The notes under the pieces are model-generated. The model searched no databases, was not told the origin of the DNA, and was given only the letters and a program-made list of their open reading frames with translations. Of a stretch of DNA of 64,000 nt, positions 29,708 to 39,964 are shown piece after piece. How positions within the stretch are numbered: position 1 is the first letter of the stretch; each line of letters starts with the position of its first letter. The stretch comes from Nitrosopumilus sp. (GTDB lineage: Archaea; Thermoproteota; Nitrososphaeria; Nitrososphaerales; Nitrosopumilaceae), in NCBI GenBank assembly GCA_965249555.1, contig OZ252243.1, forward strand, positions 1,984,001 through 2,048,000, read 5' to 3'. The position numbers and the translations under genes were made by a program.

Positions 29708-29778
29708 GAAGGCGATGATGAAATGCATGCCGTGAGATCTCATCATAGAGATGAATAGGAGATAATCTCTGAGCCTTC
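29708..29778 (+). ncRNA. Box C/D sRNA
   Basis: Terminal stem GAAGGC/GCCTTC flanking box C ATGATGA (29715-29721) and box D CTGA (29769-29772); 71 nt. Confidence 0.75.
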
Positions 29779-29824
29779 AATAAATGATAGATTTTATAGT
29801 TATTATAGGTTTAGAATAAAAAAA

Positions 29825-30283
29825 TTAGAAGATGGGTACCAATCCCAAATCGTATTGTATGTAAGTCCAAGGAGTAACAGCACCAAATTGTCTACCATCA
29901 GAAAATGAACCAACACCCAAAATTATACCTACAAACTCAACTTCATCGTTACCATTAGGTGTAGTATATACAGAACCACCACTATCACCATCTACAGGTA
30001 CAAATGAAGACCTAAGAACAAAGGCATTGTAACCATCAGGCAAAGTCAAATAACTCAAAGAACTAATCACAGTACCAGACATTTCACCGGACATAAAACC
30101 AGTATCTTGTACACGTTCACCATTTCTCATGACATCAGAATCAGTTACAGTGTATGTTGTACCACTACTTTTGTAAATAGACAATGGTTCTACAGTTGGT
30201 TTGTATTCTTGATCATTTCCAAAACATAGAGTAACAAATACATCCCATTGATCTTGATTCAGATAGCCTACACTTACTACATC
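29825..30283 (-). pseudogene. C-terminal fragment of a trypsin-like (S1) serine protease
   Basis: GDSGGSVY...FVGIILG; frame open upstream of 30184 only to 30283; catalytic His region absent. Confidence 0.7.
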
Positions 30284-30300
30284 CTAGATTGATACCTTGA

Positions 30301-31524
30301 TTATCTCTTTTTTCTGATTTGTTGTACTACCATTGGTAGAAATGCACCAACATCTGATACAATTCCTAGTGCTTGCCATGTTCCTCTATCCATAAGTTTT
30401 GTAACTGTTGGCTGATTGATATCAACAACAATCACCTTAACATTGGCTGGAAGCATATTTCCAGTTGCAATTGAATGAAGCATAGTAGAAATCATAATCA
30501 CCATATTTGCATCTTTTAGAATTTTTTTGTATTCATATTGTGCTTGAGTAACATCAGTGATGACATCTGGTAATGGCCCATCATCTCGAATTGAACCTGC
30601 CAATACAAATGGTACTTTATTTTTTACACATTCATACATGATTCCTTTTCTCAATTTCTTGGACTTTACCATCTTTGCAATAGACCCTGCTTTAAAAACA
30701 GCATTAATTGCATCCATGTGATTTCTATGTCCGTGATATGCCAAGGATCCATCACGTACATTCATTCCAAGTGATGTCCCAAGTGTGGCATATTCTATAT
30801 CATGAACCGCAAGAGCATTTCCTGCTAATATGCCATCAATGTACCCTAATTTGATTAATTCTGATACTGCATCAGATGCACCAGTATGTACTATGGCAGG
30901 ACCACCAACAAGTACTATTTTTCCACCTTTCTTTTTGGTATTATAGATGTCTTCTGCAACTTTTTTTGCAATATGTTGAGTTGGTCTTTCACTAGAGCTT
31001 GAACTTCCCATAAACTCAAAAACATTAACTCCATCTCTTGGACGTTCAGGTGGTGTAATTTTAATTCCTTTTTCACCAATCACTATTTGGTCTCCTTTTT
31101 TAACATCTCTTACTGGTACACAAAATGCTTTGTTTCCTTTTACAACAATGCATTTATCCATCATCATATTTTCAACTTGAAACCATTTCCCTTTATGGAA
31201 AACTTGTGTGTGATTGTTTGTGGTACTGTAAAAATTATCAGGCATTACATAGTTTTTTGGAGATTTTTTTAGTTTGATTTCTTTTTGAATCTTGGATACT
31301 GCCCCTTCTCGATAAATTGTTTCTAAAATACTATCCAGATGTTTTTGATTTTTACCCTTAACAAGTAACTGAACATAAGATTGATCTTTTTTTTGCTTAC
31401 CGATATCAATTTCTTTAACTTGAAATTCTCCTTTCAGGTCCATTATCTTATCAAAGATCTTAGTTAAAATCAAAGAGTCAATTAAATGACCGCTAACTTC
31501 GATCTCTTGAGAAAACTTGCTCAT
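30301..31524 (-). CDS. TIGR00300 / LOR-SDH family protein (ornithine cyclodeaminase-like)
   Basis: GHLIDS, FYSTTN, GNALAVHDIE, LAGSIRDDGPLPD, MLHSIATGNMLP. Confidence 0.88.
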   Translation of the reverse strand: MSKFSQEIEVSGHLIDSLILTKIFDKIMDLKGEFQVKEIDIGKQKKDQSYVQLLVKGKNQKHLDSILETIYREGAVSKIQKEIKLKKSPKNYVMPDNFYSTTNNHTQVFHKGKWFQVENMMMDKCIVVKGNKAFCVPVRDVKKGDQIVIGEKGIKITPPERPRDGVNVFEFMGSSSSSERPTQHIAKKVAEDIYNTKKKGGKIVLVGGPAIVHTGASDAVSELIKLGYIDGILAGNALAVHDIEYATLGTSLGMNVRDGSLAYHGHRNHMDAINAVFKAGSIAKMVKSKKLRKGIMYECVKNKVPFVLAGSIRDDGPLPDVITDVTQAQYEYKKILKDANMVIMISTMLHSIATGNMLPANVKVIVVDINQPTVTKLMDRGTWQALGIVSDVGAFLPMVVQQIRKKR

Positions 31525-31582
31525 TTTATTATTCTCTATATCCTAATAACTAAAGGTTTACGTTTTGTTTCAAGGCTGAAAA

Positions 31583-31930
31583 TTAGACGGGTAGGATAAC
31601 TTTACCTTCAAATTTTTTGATGTTATCTGCCTCAAATGCTTTCTCCAAATTTTCTTTTTGTTGTTTGGTCACACCTTGAACTATTGTTTTTGAAGAACCA
31701 GTTTTGTCAACTAGTGCAAGAATATATCCACTATTGTCAGTCAAAACAAAACCTGCTGATTCATCAACAAATGCATATAGATTTTCTTCTCCTACAGGTT
31801 CCCAAACATCAGATTTATTGGCAATTAAGGCTAATGCTGGCATTGCTCGTCCATCAGTTAATTTGTTGAGATACCCTCTGGCATCTGAAACTCTTTTTTG
31901 ACCTAGTTTTAAGGCCTGGAAATATTGCAT
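31583..31930 (-). CDS. Hypothetical protein
   Basis: 115-aa ORF; TTTATA box about 25 nt upstream. Confidence 0.7.
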   Translation of the reverse strand: MQYFQALKLGQKRVSDARGYLNKLTDGRAMPALALIANKSDVWEPVGEENLYAFVDESAGFVLTDNSGYILALVDKTGSSKTIVQGVTKQQKENLEKAFEADNIKKFEGKVILPV

Positions 31931-32008
31931 GCTTCCAAAATAATTGGATTGCTATAAAAACAATCTCTCTCCAAAAGATTGTTATATAATCTCAGATTTT
32001 TTTAACTT

Positions 32009-32308
32009 GTGCCTCTTACAAACAACATCATAATCAAATTAAATGAGATAACTACTATGATTGAGGACAAGTCAAAAATATCTGAATCCGAAATTGATGA
32101 GATAAAATCTATTTTTAAAACCCTTGTTGAAAATGGTGAAAGATATGATGTTGATGAAATTGAATTCTGGTTTGAAAATGAAGGAAGCTGGAAAACTAAA
32201 GAATCAAGAATTAGAATTATAAATCTCTCAAATTATATTCAAGACAAATACCAACAAACAGCTCATCTACGAATCATTTCTGATGATGACTGCGGATGCA
32301 AAGACTAG
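32009..32308 (+). CDS. Hypothetical protein
   Basis: 99-aa ORF ending DDDCGCKD; TTATATA box upstream. Confidence 0.7.
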   Translation: MPLTNNIIIKLNEITTMIEDKSKISESEIDEIKSIFKTLVENGERYDVDEIEFWFENEGSWKTKESRIRIINLSNYIQDKYQQTAHLRIISDDDCGCKD

Positions 32309-32529
32309 GTTTCTAGTTGTTCTAATAATCTTCCAACAATTTTTGAATTTTCTGTTCTTTCATTAAGAATTTCTTTGAGACGAATTTCATTTTTGACATC
32401 TTTTGCAATTATCTGAAAATATTCTTCATCCAGATCATTATTTGCCTGAAGTCTTTTGATTACCTCAAACAAAATCCCTATTACTTGTTTCTGTGCCTCA
32501 ATTAACTTATCTTTATTTTTTTCAGACAT
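32305..32529 (-). CDS. Hypothetical protein
   Basis: 74-aa helical ORF coupled to the HD gene. Confidence 0.65.
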   Translation of the reverse strand: MSEKNKDKLIEAQKQVIGILFEVIKRLQANNDLDEEYFQIIAKDVKNEIRLKEILNERTENSKIVGRLLEQLET

Positions 32530-32535
32530 GTTTTA

Positions 32536-33069
32536 CTACATATCTTTGATGATCTTTGTAAATAATTCTTTTAATTTAGGATCAGTAATGTCTATCTTTG
32601 CAGATTCAAAAAAAGATTCAAGTTTTTCTTTAGAATGTCCGCTCTTTTCATAGATTTTAGCTTGAAGAGCCATCTCCAATTTATCAATTTGATGCACAAT
32701 TTTTGATTCAGGAGAATTATTTTCTTGGTATTCTTGCCAAATTTGTAAATATTGTGATTTAATTAAATCTGGTAAATTTTTAGTAATTTCATTAAATGCA
32801 TCATTTTCTAGCTTGTTCTTTTTTTCTTTGTTGACTTGACTTGGGGTATAGTCTCCAATTTTTGATTCAGATAAATCATGCAGTAAAATCATTTTGATAA
32901 TTTTTTCAGAATTATAATTTTCTAAATCAGATATCACCATACCCATTATTGCCATTGAGTAAGAATGGTCTGCAACTGATTCAGGATTCTTTAATGATAC
33001 TTTATCTATCCATCCTTGCCTAGATATTTTTTTGAGATTTGCAGCAGTTTTGAAAAAATCTAATATCAT
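32536..33069 (-). CDS. HD-domain hydrolase (YfbR/HDDC2-like)
   Basis: RQGW, ESVADHS, LLHDLSE, IDKLEM. Confidence 0.9.
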   Translation of the reverse strand: MILDFFKTAANLKKISRQGWIDKVSLKNPESVADHSYSMAIMGMVISDLENYNSEKIIKMILLHDLSESKIGDYTPSQVNKEKKNKLENDAFNEITKNLPDLIKSQYLQIWQEYQENNSPESKIVHQIDKLEMALQAKIYEKSGHSKEKLESFFESAKIDITDPKLKELFTKIIKDM

Positions 33070-33161
33070 TTTATCATTATATTGATGATATTTTCTCCTA
33101 ATGAATTTTCATATTGTAGGATTTCGAACAACATAATAGTTAATTTTACTGTAATAAATTA

Positions 33162-33698
33162 ATGAAAATCTATACCAAGACAGGGGATGATGGAAATACT
33201 GGTCTGCAAGGAAATTTTAGAATAGCAAAATCTCATCCAAGAATTATATCATATGGTACAGTAGATGAAGCAAATGCTGCATTAGGAATGGTTCTAACAA
33301 ATTCATTGGATAATGATATCACAAAAATTTTAACAGAAATTCAAAACAAACTATTTTTAGTTGGTGCCGATCTTTCAAATCCCAATTTAAATGATGTAAA
33401 AAACAGAGTTACATTAGAGATGGTCGAACAATTGGAACAGTATATTGACAAATTTGAATTAGAACTTCCTCCATTAACAAATTTTATTTTACCAGGAGGC
33501 GATATTGCTGCAGCACAATTACATCATGTTAGAACTATTGTAAGACGAGCAGAAACTCAAGTGGTTCAATTAAGTGAAAAAGATGAAATCAATTCAAACT
33601 GCATCAAATATCTCAATAGATTGTCTGATTTATTTTTTGTAATGGGTCGTTTAATCAATAAAAGAAAAAACAGAGATGACATTCTCTGGAAGATCTGA
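33162..33698 (+). CDS. pduO: PduO-type cob(I)alamin adenosyltransferase
   Basis: KIYTKTGDDG, GTVDEAN, FILPGG, YLNRLSD. Confidence 0.94.
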   Translation: MKIYTKTGDDGNTGLQGNFRIAKSHPRIISYGTVDEANAALGMVLTNSLDNDITKILTEIQNKLFLVGADLSNPNLNDVKNRVTLEMVEQLEQYIDKFELELPPLTNFILPGGDIAAAQLHHVRTIVRRAETQVVQLSEKDEINSNCIKYLNRLSDLFFVMGRLINKRKNRDDILWKI

Positions 33699-33741
33699 AA
33701 AGACAAACTTTAATTCCTCAACTGAATTCATTTTTTTAAGT

Positions 33742-33815
33742 GCCGTGGTAGCTCAGCCTGGGAGAGCACTCGGCTGAAGACCGGGCTGTCGCGCGTTCAA
33801 ATCCCGCCCGCGGCA
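33742..33815 (+). tRNA. tRNA-Phe(GAA), intronless, CCA not encoded
   Basis: Acceptor stem GCCGTGG/CCGCGGC, D-arm GCTC/GAGC, anticodon loop CTGAAGA, T-loop TTCAAAT. Confidence 0.95.
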
Positions 33816-33899
33816 CTCATATGTTCAAATATCTTTCGTTGTAGTGATAATGCATGCTTACTATACTCCAAAGTAAGACCAAAAGCGTTGGAGAAATAA

Positions 33900-34037
33900 A
33901 TGAATTATTGTAAAATTTGTAATTCAACCAAAGATTTGATCCCATTAGAGGTCAAAATTGATCTTTTCACTCCTCAAAATCCTGATATTTTTATCTGTAG
34001 AAAATGCCTTTCAGACAAAAATTATCAAAAAAATTAA
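33900..34037 (+). CDS. 45-aa CxxC...CxxC zinc-binding microprotein (not in ORF track)
   Basis: MNYCKICNST...FICRKCLSDKNYQKN*. Confidence 0.6.
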   Translation: MNYCKICNSTKDLIPLEVKIDLFTPQNPDIFICRKCLSDKNYQKN

Positions 34038-34353
34038 CATCAAAATTTTGGTATTTTTTTATAATGACATATGGTTAAGTAGAGATTTCACTTAGTATCT
34101 TTGGTTTTCATTTTATTCCCTTCTCTTTAAAAATAAAGAAAAAGTGGAAAACCTTTCTATGTGTCTATTAGATTAAAGAAATTTTTACCAGATGCGGATT
34201 TCTCAGAGATGCATTTCACAGACGTTATACGAAATCTTTTTCATATCTTGTGATGTATACCTACTGTTGGGCCTGAGAGTTGAATGAATATTGCCATGTA
34301 CAAGGGCGTTACACAGACTAACTCAAAGTGAGCGGAAAACAAAATACCACATA

Positions 34354-34405
34354 GATGGTGTAATTATACATCGTAAAGTCATGGATGAGAATTCCAAGTG
34401 ACAGC
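34354..34405 (+). mobile_element. Internal sliver of the IS at 60661-61795
   Basis: 31-bp identity CATCGTAAAGTCATGGATGAGAATTCCAAGT (34369-34399) with 60911-60941, plus similar flanks. Confidence 0.75.
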
Positions 34406-34418
34406 ATAACAATATGTC

Positions 34419-34586
34419 CTACTCTAATACTAGACTTAGTATAGCTACTAGTGCGCCAAGATCCTTACTTGTAAATCCTTTTTTCTTCAGGTCATGCTGT
34501 ATGTCTTTTGCAATTTTTTCTATTCTCTTTTTCTGTTCTGGTTTTATTGATACAACATTGCGATGCTCGCTGCCGTCTGCATGATT
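34419..34586 (-). pseudogene. Orphan 3' gene fragment abutting the purF stop
   Basis: Open frame without start: NHADGSEHRNVVSIKPEQKKRIEKIAKDIQHDLKKKGFTSKDLGALVAILSLVLE*. Confidence 0.5.
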
Positions 34587-36019
34587 TATTCGCCTTTCAT
34601 CTCTATTCTACTTCTAAATTCAGGCGTAATTCCAAGAGAATCATAGTTACCTGAAGAGCATGTAAAGCACATAGAATCTTTTGGGATGCCAACAGCGGCT
34701 GCAAGATTTTCAGCATCATTATATCCCAAAAAGTCTGCGCCAATACTTTGCCTTACCATCTCAGTAGTTTCCTCGGGAGTCATATCTTTTCCATTAGAAA
34801 ATGTTGCAAGTTCTTCTTTTGATGGAAAGTCAATTCCAGCATAACATGGGAATTTGATTGGGGGATATGTAATGACCATACTGATTTTTTTTGCACCTGC
34901 TCGTCGTAGCGCCTTAATAATTGCCTTGGAGCTTGTTCCTCTAACTAAACTATCATCAATTACAACGACATGTTGTCCTTCAATTATTTCCTTAATTGGA
35001 ATTATCCATCGATTAATCTCTATTCTATCAGATTGATGGGGTTCAATGAAACTTCGCAATGGACCTTTCTTACTATATCTATCTTTGAGTAAGCCTTCAT
35101 CAAATGGTACACCAAGTTCCTGTGCATATCCCAATGCTGCAGGCCTTGCAGAGTCAGGTACAGGTATTACTAAATCTGCATCCTTAATTGGGAATTTCCT
35201 TGCTAAAAATTTTCCAATATTTTTTCTTGCAACATAAATGTTAGTTCCTTCCATGTTACTTGACGGATGTGCAAAGTAAGTAAATTCAAAAGAACAATGT
35301 GCACGTGTAGGTTCATCAGAGAAACGCTCAGTCTCTAATCCATTTTTGCTCAATTTGATTAATTCGCCAGGATTTACATTTCGTTGCATCTCAGCTCCAA
35401 CTGCAGATAATGCAGAAGATTCAGATGCAACAATGTATGTATCGTCTATTTTTTTATGTCCTAAAACCATTGGACGAAATCCTTTTGGATCACGTGCAGC
35501 ATAAACAGAATTGTCATCAGAGATAAAGGTAAAACAATAAGAGCCTACCATTTCGTTTTTAAGAATTGAAAGTGCTTTTCCCATCTGACCGTTCTCAGAG
35601 ATTAATGTAACTAGTCTTTGTGCTGCGACAAGTGTGTCACTTGAGGTTTGTGGTGTAAAAGAACAGCCACCAACAAGATTTGATAACTCCTGAACATTTG
35701 CAATTGTTCCATTATGTGCAATACAGAGATCCTTTACTTTGAGTGGTTGTGCATTTTCAAGGGTACTTTGTCCCATTGTAGAATAACGTACATGCCCAAT
35801 TACTGAAGGAGATGCATATTCTTTGGTAATTGTCTTAAATTCTGATGATGATGCAGAGACTAGTCCTAGTCTTTTTAGTGGAGGTTTATTTGGAATTGCA
35901 ATGCCCCATGCTTCTTGTCCTCTATGTTGAAGTGCTCTTAGCGCATCAATTGCCATTGGCACCACATTAGTTCCACTTAGACTAAAAATTCCAACTACGC
36001 CACAATTTTCCTTAACCAT
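34586..36019 (-). CDS. purF: Amidophosphoribosyltransferase
   Basis: ENCGVVG, LQHRGQE, GHVRYST, VIDDSLVRGTS. Confidence 0.97.
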   Translation of the reverse strand: MVKENCGVVGIFSLSGTNVVPMAIDALRALQHRGQEAWGIAIPNKPPLKRLGLVSASSSEFKTITKEYASPSVIGHVRYSTMGQSTLENAQPLKVKDLCIAHNGTIANVQELSNLVGGCSFTPQTSSDTLVAAQRLVTLISENGQMGKALSILKNEMVGSYCFTFISDDNSVYAARDPKGFRPMVLGHKKIDDTYIVASESSALSAVGAEMQRNVNPGELIKLSKNGLETERFSDEPTRAHCSFEFTYFAHPSSNMEGTNIYVARKNIGKFLARKFPIKDADLVIPVPDSARPAALGYAQELGVPFDEGLLKDRYSKKGPLRSFIEPHQSDRIEINRWIIPIKEIIEGQHVVVIDDSLVRGTSSKAIIKALRRAGAKKISMVITYPPIKFPCYAGIDFPSKEELATFSNGKDMTPEETTEMVRQSIGADFLGYNDAENLAAAVGIPKDSMCFTCSSGNYDSLGITPEFRSRIEMKGE

Positions 36020-38177
36020 GAAGCACCAAGTCCTTTAACGAATTAAACCAAGTTTTATGCGCTTTATCAACTCTTAGATTAATGATCGATTTTGTTCCCT
36101 TTGTGAATTGAATTTTCTCACCATTAAACTGACCAATTAGTTTGAATGATATTTTGTCCTTTTTGAGTATATCCTCCACTTTTTTGAGATTTTTCTCCTC
36201 TATCACCAAAAGATATCTAGAATGACTTTCAGAAAATAAAATTCTGTCAACATCTAGTTTTTCACCAGGGACTTTATCTAAGAAGATATTACAACCAATT
36301 TTGTTTGTCATACAAAGTTCAGATACTGCAACTGCCAAACCACCCTTTGAGCAATCATGTGCAGATTTTAGGAGTTGACTTTGAACTACTTTTAATACAG
36401 TTTTCATATTTTTCTTGGATTCTGTAAAGTTAACAGCAGGGCATTTTCCTCCAATAAAGTTGTGAATATATTCAAAATATTCAGAACCCCCCATCTCATC
36501 TTTGGTATCTCCAACAATTACAAGAGAATCACCTTCTGTAATCTTTTGTGGAACAAGTGGATTTTTGTCAATAAGCCCCAAGACACCAATTAACGGAGTT
36601 GGTTTTATTGGTCCTGTCGGAGTTTCATTATACAAGCTAACCTTTCCCCCAACACAAGGAATTTTTGTATCATTAGCAAAATCAGCCAATCCCTTTAAAG
36701 ATTCTAAAAATGTCCAAAATATTTCAGGATCTTTTGGATTTCCAAATTGAAGATGATCAAGCATTCCAATGGGTTTTGCTCCAGTACAAACAACATTTCT
36801 GCATGCCTCCTCAAAGCAACCTATCGCACCTTCTCTGGGATTAATGTAACATTGTTTTGGATTTCCATCAATCTTTACAGAAAGAAATTTGCCATTATCT
36901 AATCGTAAAACGGATGCATCATGTCCAGGTTTTACAACAGTTCTTATGCCAACTTCATGATCATATTGTCCATAAACCCAAATCTTGCTTGCTATATTTG
37001 GTGCTGCAAGTAATGTCATCATTGTTTTAGAATAATCAGAAATTGATTCGAGTTTCTTTTCTTTTTCAATTGTTTTTAGATATACTGGTTTTTTTGATGG
37101 TAAATCAAGAAGAGTTGCATTTGCGACAACATCAGTTGGGAGATTTGCAAGTGTTTTTTTACCTTTTTTTACATGCATTTGATTGCCGGATTTTATATGA
37201 CCAATCACAGAACATGTAATACGGAATTTTTTACAAATTTCCTGTAGTTTTTTTAATTTAGTTTTGTTTGTTACAATTAGCATTCTTTCTTGTGATTCAG
37301 ATATCATAATTTCATCTGAATGCATGTTTGATTCACGTGTATGAACCAGGTTAACATCCATCTCTATTCCAACTCCTAATGCATCTGCAGTCTCTGAAAC
37401 TGCACAAGATAAACCACCGCCTCCAAGGTCTTTCATGGCATTGATTAGATTATGGTTTCTTGCCTCAAGGATTGCCTCTATGATTAATTTCTCGATGAAT
37501 GGATCTGGGATTTGAACTGCAGAACGATCTTCTGATTCTAAAGAATCTGAAGCAAACTGAGATCCACCCATTCCATCTCTTCCTGTTGAACCTCCAAGTA
37601 ATACAACCAAATCACCTATCTTGGCATGATTTTTTATCAGATTCTTTTTTTTTCCAAACCCTATTGCAGCTACATCAACTAATGCATAATTTTTATAACA
37701 ATCATCAAACTCAACTTCGCCTCCAATTGTTGGAATGCCAAGACAGTTTCCATAATCCGCAATTCCAGTAACTGCATTTTTGAAAAGCCATCTTGCTTGT
37801 TGATCTTTTTCTATATTTCCAAAACGTAATCCATTAAAGATTGCAATTGGTCTTGTACCTGCAGATAAAATATCTCTAATTACACCACCAACACCAGTTG
37901 CAGCACCACCGTATGGTTCAACAGCAGATGGATGATTATGACTTTCAATATGTGCAGTAACAACATAACCATCACCAACATCCAATACACCTGAATCATA
38001 TCCTTTCTCGTGAATTACAAGAGGTCCTTTCATTGGAAGCATTTTGAGATGTTTTTTTGATGATTTGTAAGAGCAATGTTCAGACCATTCAGCAGCTACA
38101 ATTTGTAATTCAGTAAAAGTAGGATCTCTACCAATTTTTGATTTTAATTCAGATAGTTCTTGAGATTCAAGACTCAA
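36012..38177 (-). CDS. purL: FGAM synthase subunit PurL
   Basis: WSEHCSYKSS, ESHNHPS, DLGGGG, SESQERM. Confidence 0.97.
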   Translation of the reverse strand: MSLESQELSELKSKIGRDPTFTELQIVAAEWSEHCSYKSSKKHLKMLPMKGPLVIHEKGYDSGVLDVGDGYVVTAHIESHNHPSAVEPYGGAATGVGGVIRDILSAGTRPIAIFNGLRFGNIEKDQQARWLFKNAVTGIADYGNCLGIPTIGGEVEFDDCYKNYALVDVAAIGFGKKKNLIKNHAKIGDLVVLLGGSTGRDGMGGSQFASDSLESEDRSAVQIPDPFIEKLIIEAILEARNHNLINAMKDLGGGGLSCAVSETADALGVGIEMDVNLVHTRESNMHSDEIMISESQERMLIVTNKTKLKKLQEICKKFRITCSVIGHIKSGNQMHVKKGKKTLANLPTDVVANATLLDLPSKKPVYLKTIEKEKKLESISDYSKTMMTLLAAPNIASKIWVYGQYDHEVGIRTVVKPGHDASVLRLDNGKFLSVKIDGNPKQCYINPREGAIGCFEEACRNVVCTGAKPIGMLDHLQFGNPKDPEIFWTFLESLKGLADFANDTKIPCVGGKVSLYNETPTGPIKPTPLIGVLGLIDKNPLVPQKITEGDSLVIVGDTKDEMGGSEYFEYIHNFIGGKCPAVNFTESKKNMKTVLKVVQSQLLKSAHDCSKGGLAVAVSELCMTNKIGCNIFLDKVPGEKLDVDRILFSESHSRYLLVIEEKNLKKVEDILKKDKISFKLIGQFNGEKIQFTKGTKSIINLRVDKAHKTWFNSLKDLVLHG

Positions 38178-38875
38178 TTGTTAACACCCATTTTTACCAA
38201 TAAAGATTCAAAGATAAGCGAAGATGGTTTGTTATCAACGGGATTAATTTCAGATTCAACTGCTCTTTCTGGATGTGGCATCATGCCAACTACATTCCCT
38301 TCTTGATTACAGACACCTGCAATTCTGTGTGAAGAACCATTTACAACTTTACTATATCTAAATACGATTTGATTTTTTTTCTTTAATTGTTTTAGTGTAT
38401 CATCATCAACATAATATCGTCCCTCACCATTTGCAATAGGTATTGGGATTTTCTCATGTAATTTGAATTGATTTGTAAATGGAGTCTTGTTATTTTCAAC
38501 AATCAAATTTGTCCACTCACACATAAAATTTAGAGATTCATTTTTGAGTAAAACTCCAGGAAGAAGGCCAGACTCTACAAGGATTTGAAAGCCGTTACAT
38601 ACACCTAAAATGGGAATTCCTTTTTCTGCCAGTTTTTGAATATCCTTTATGATTGGGCTATGAGCAGCAATTATTCCAGCTCGAAGTCGATCCCCATAAG
38701 AGAACCCACCTGGGAGGATTACTGCATCAATATTTTTTGGAAGGGTCTTTTCATGCCAATAGTATTGGGCATCAAGATTAAAGACATCAGTGAGCACATG
38801 ATACATATCACGATCACAGTTACTACCAGGAAAGACTACAACCCCGACCTTCACAATTGTATTTACAATAAGCAA
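38174..38875 (-). CDS. purQ: FGAM synthase glutaminase subunit PurQ
   Basis: FPGSNCD, PGGFSYGD, GVCNGFQ, MMPHPER. Confidence 0.96.
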   Translation of the reverse strand: MLIVNTIVKVGVVVFPGSNCDRDMYHVLTDVFNLDAQYYWHEKTLPKNIDAVILPGGFSYGDRLRAGIIAAHSPIIKDIQKLAEKGIPILGVCNGFQILVESGLLPGVLLKNESLNFMCEWTNLIVENNKTPFTNQFKLHEKIPIPIANGEGRYYVDDDTLKQLKKKNQIVFRYSKVVNGSSHRIAGVCNQEGNVVGMMPHPERAVESEINPVDNKPSSLIFESLLVKMGVNN

Positions 38876-38903
38876 TATTTAATTGGAATCTAATCTGAAA
38901 ATT

Positions 38904-39164
38904 CTAAGCATCAAAAACATCTATTGTCACCATACTCACCATAGGATTGTATATTCGTAGTTCATCACAGATCTCTTGTACTTTTGATTGAGCAGTTTTT
39001 TTGTCTTTTTCTTTAATTGTGAATTTTAGCATCTTTGCAGTTTTGATTTTAGAAACTGTTTTGTGGGTTCCTTTTAGAACTAGATCATTTAAGATAGTAT
39101 CTCCTTCAGGATCACTGATGCCAGGTTTGTTTTCAATGGTTACATGAACATTAAAAGTTGCCAT
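38904..39164 (-). CDS. purS: FGAM synthase subunit PurS
   Basis: KPGISDPEG...NP motif; operon with purQL. Confidence 0.92.
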   Translation of the reverse strand: MATFNVHVTIENKPGISDPEGDTILNDLVLKGTHKTVSKIKTAKMLKFTIKEKDKKTAQSKVQEICDELRIYNPMVSMVTIDVFDA

Positions 39165-39472
39165 TAATGACTTTCAAATTTAAATCGAGATTAATCTATC
39201 TTCCGAATAATTTTGAATTCGTATTATACTTTATATTTTTTAAGACCCTCAACCAAATTTAGTACATGTGAGAAGTTGATAGATTTTGGAGAAGTTTTAA
39301 TCATCTTTGCTTGAATGTTTCAAAGTTTCTCAACATTGGCAGAATCCAATATGATAGTTATTCTCTCCCCACAACATATCTACGTGTATTTGTTATAAAA
39401 GCAAGACCATCACATTCTGACTAACCAAGCAGATATTGGAATTTATAACAGAATATTTCACAATATTGTATA

Positions 39473-39934
39473 ATGACTAGATCTAGATATTGGAAAATCA
39501 CATCAGATGAGATGGATAACTTTGCTTATGATGAAAGTAAATTGTTAAACTGGGAGATCAAATGTGTTAGAGAGCCAGAAGAGGATGCTATCTTTATTGG
39601 AGTTTTCATGTACAGACATGGTACTGCATATGACTATGAATCAGTAAAGGGGATTTGTTACTTTTACAACAATATTGATAGAAAGGAACTTCCAGCAATT
39701 ACTGGATTCCTGAAAGGGAAATTCAATGGTAAAGAGATGGAGAAAGGAGAAAGAATTTTCCTTAAAGATTCAAAAGAAATCTATGCCAGTAAAGACATTG
39801 GAGATCTGGCAAAAGAGATGGAATCAAAATTCAATACAAAAGCCATTATTTCTTTAGAGTTTGAAGATTTAACAACTGATCAACTCAAAGAAGCAGGATT
39901 GCCAGAGGCAAAATTGTTACCAATTCCCACATAA
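39473..39934 (+). CDS. Hypothetical protein
   Basis: 153-aa ORF; TTTATAA box about 25 nt upstream. Confidence 0.75.
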   Translation: MTRSRYWKITSDEMDNFAYDESKLLNWEIKCVREPEEDAIFIGVFMYRHGTAYDYESVKGICYFYNNIDRKELPAITGFLKGKFNGKEMEKGERIFLKDSKEIYASKDIGDLAKEMESKFNTKAIISLEFEDLTTDQLKEAGLPEAKLLPIPT

Positions 39935-39964
39935 TTGATATAGCTTAAAACACAAAGATATTAG

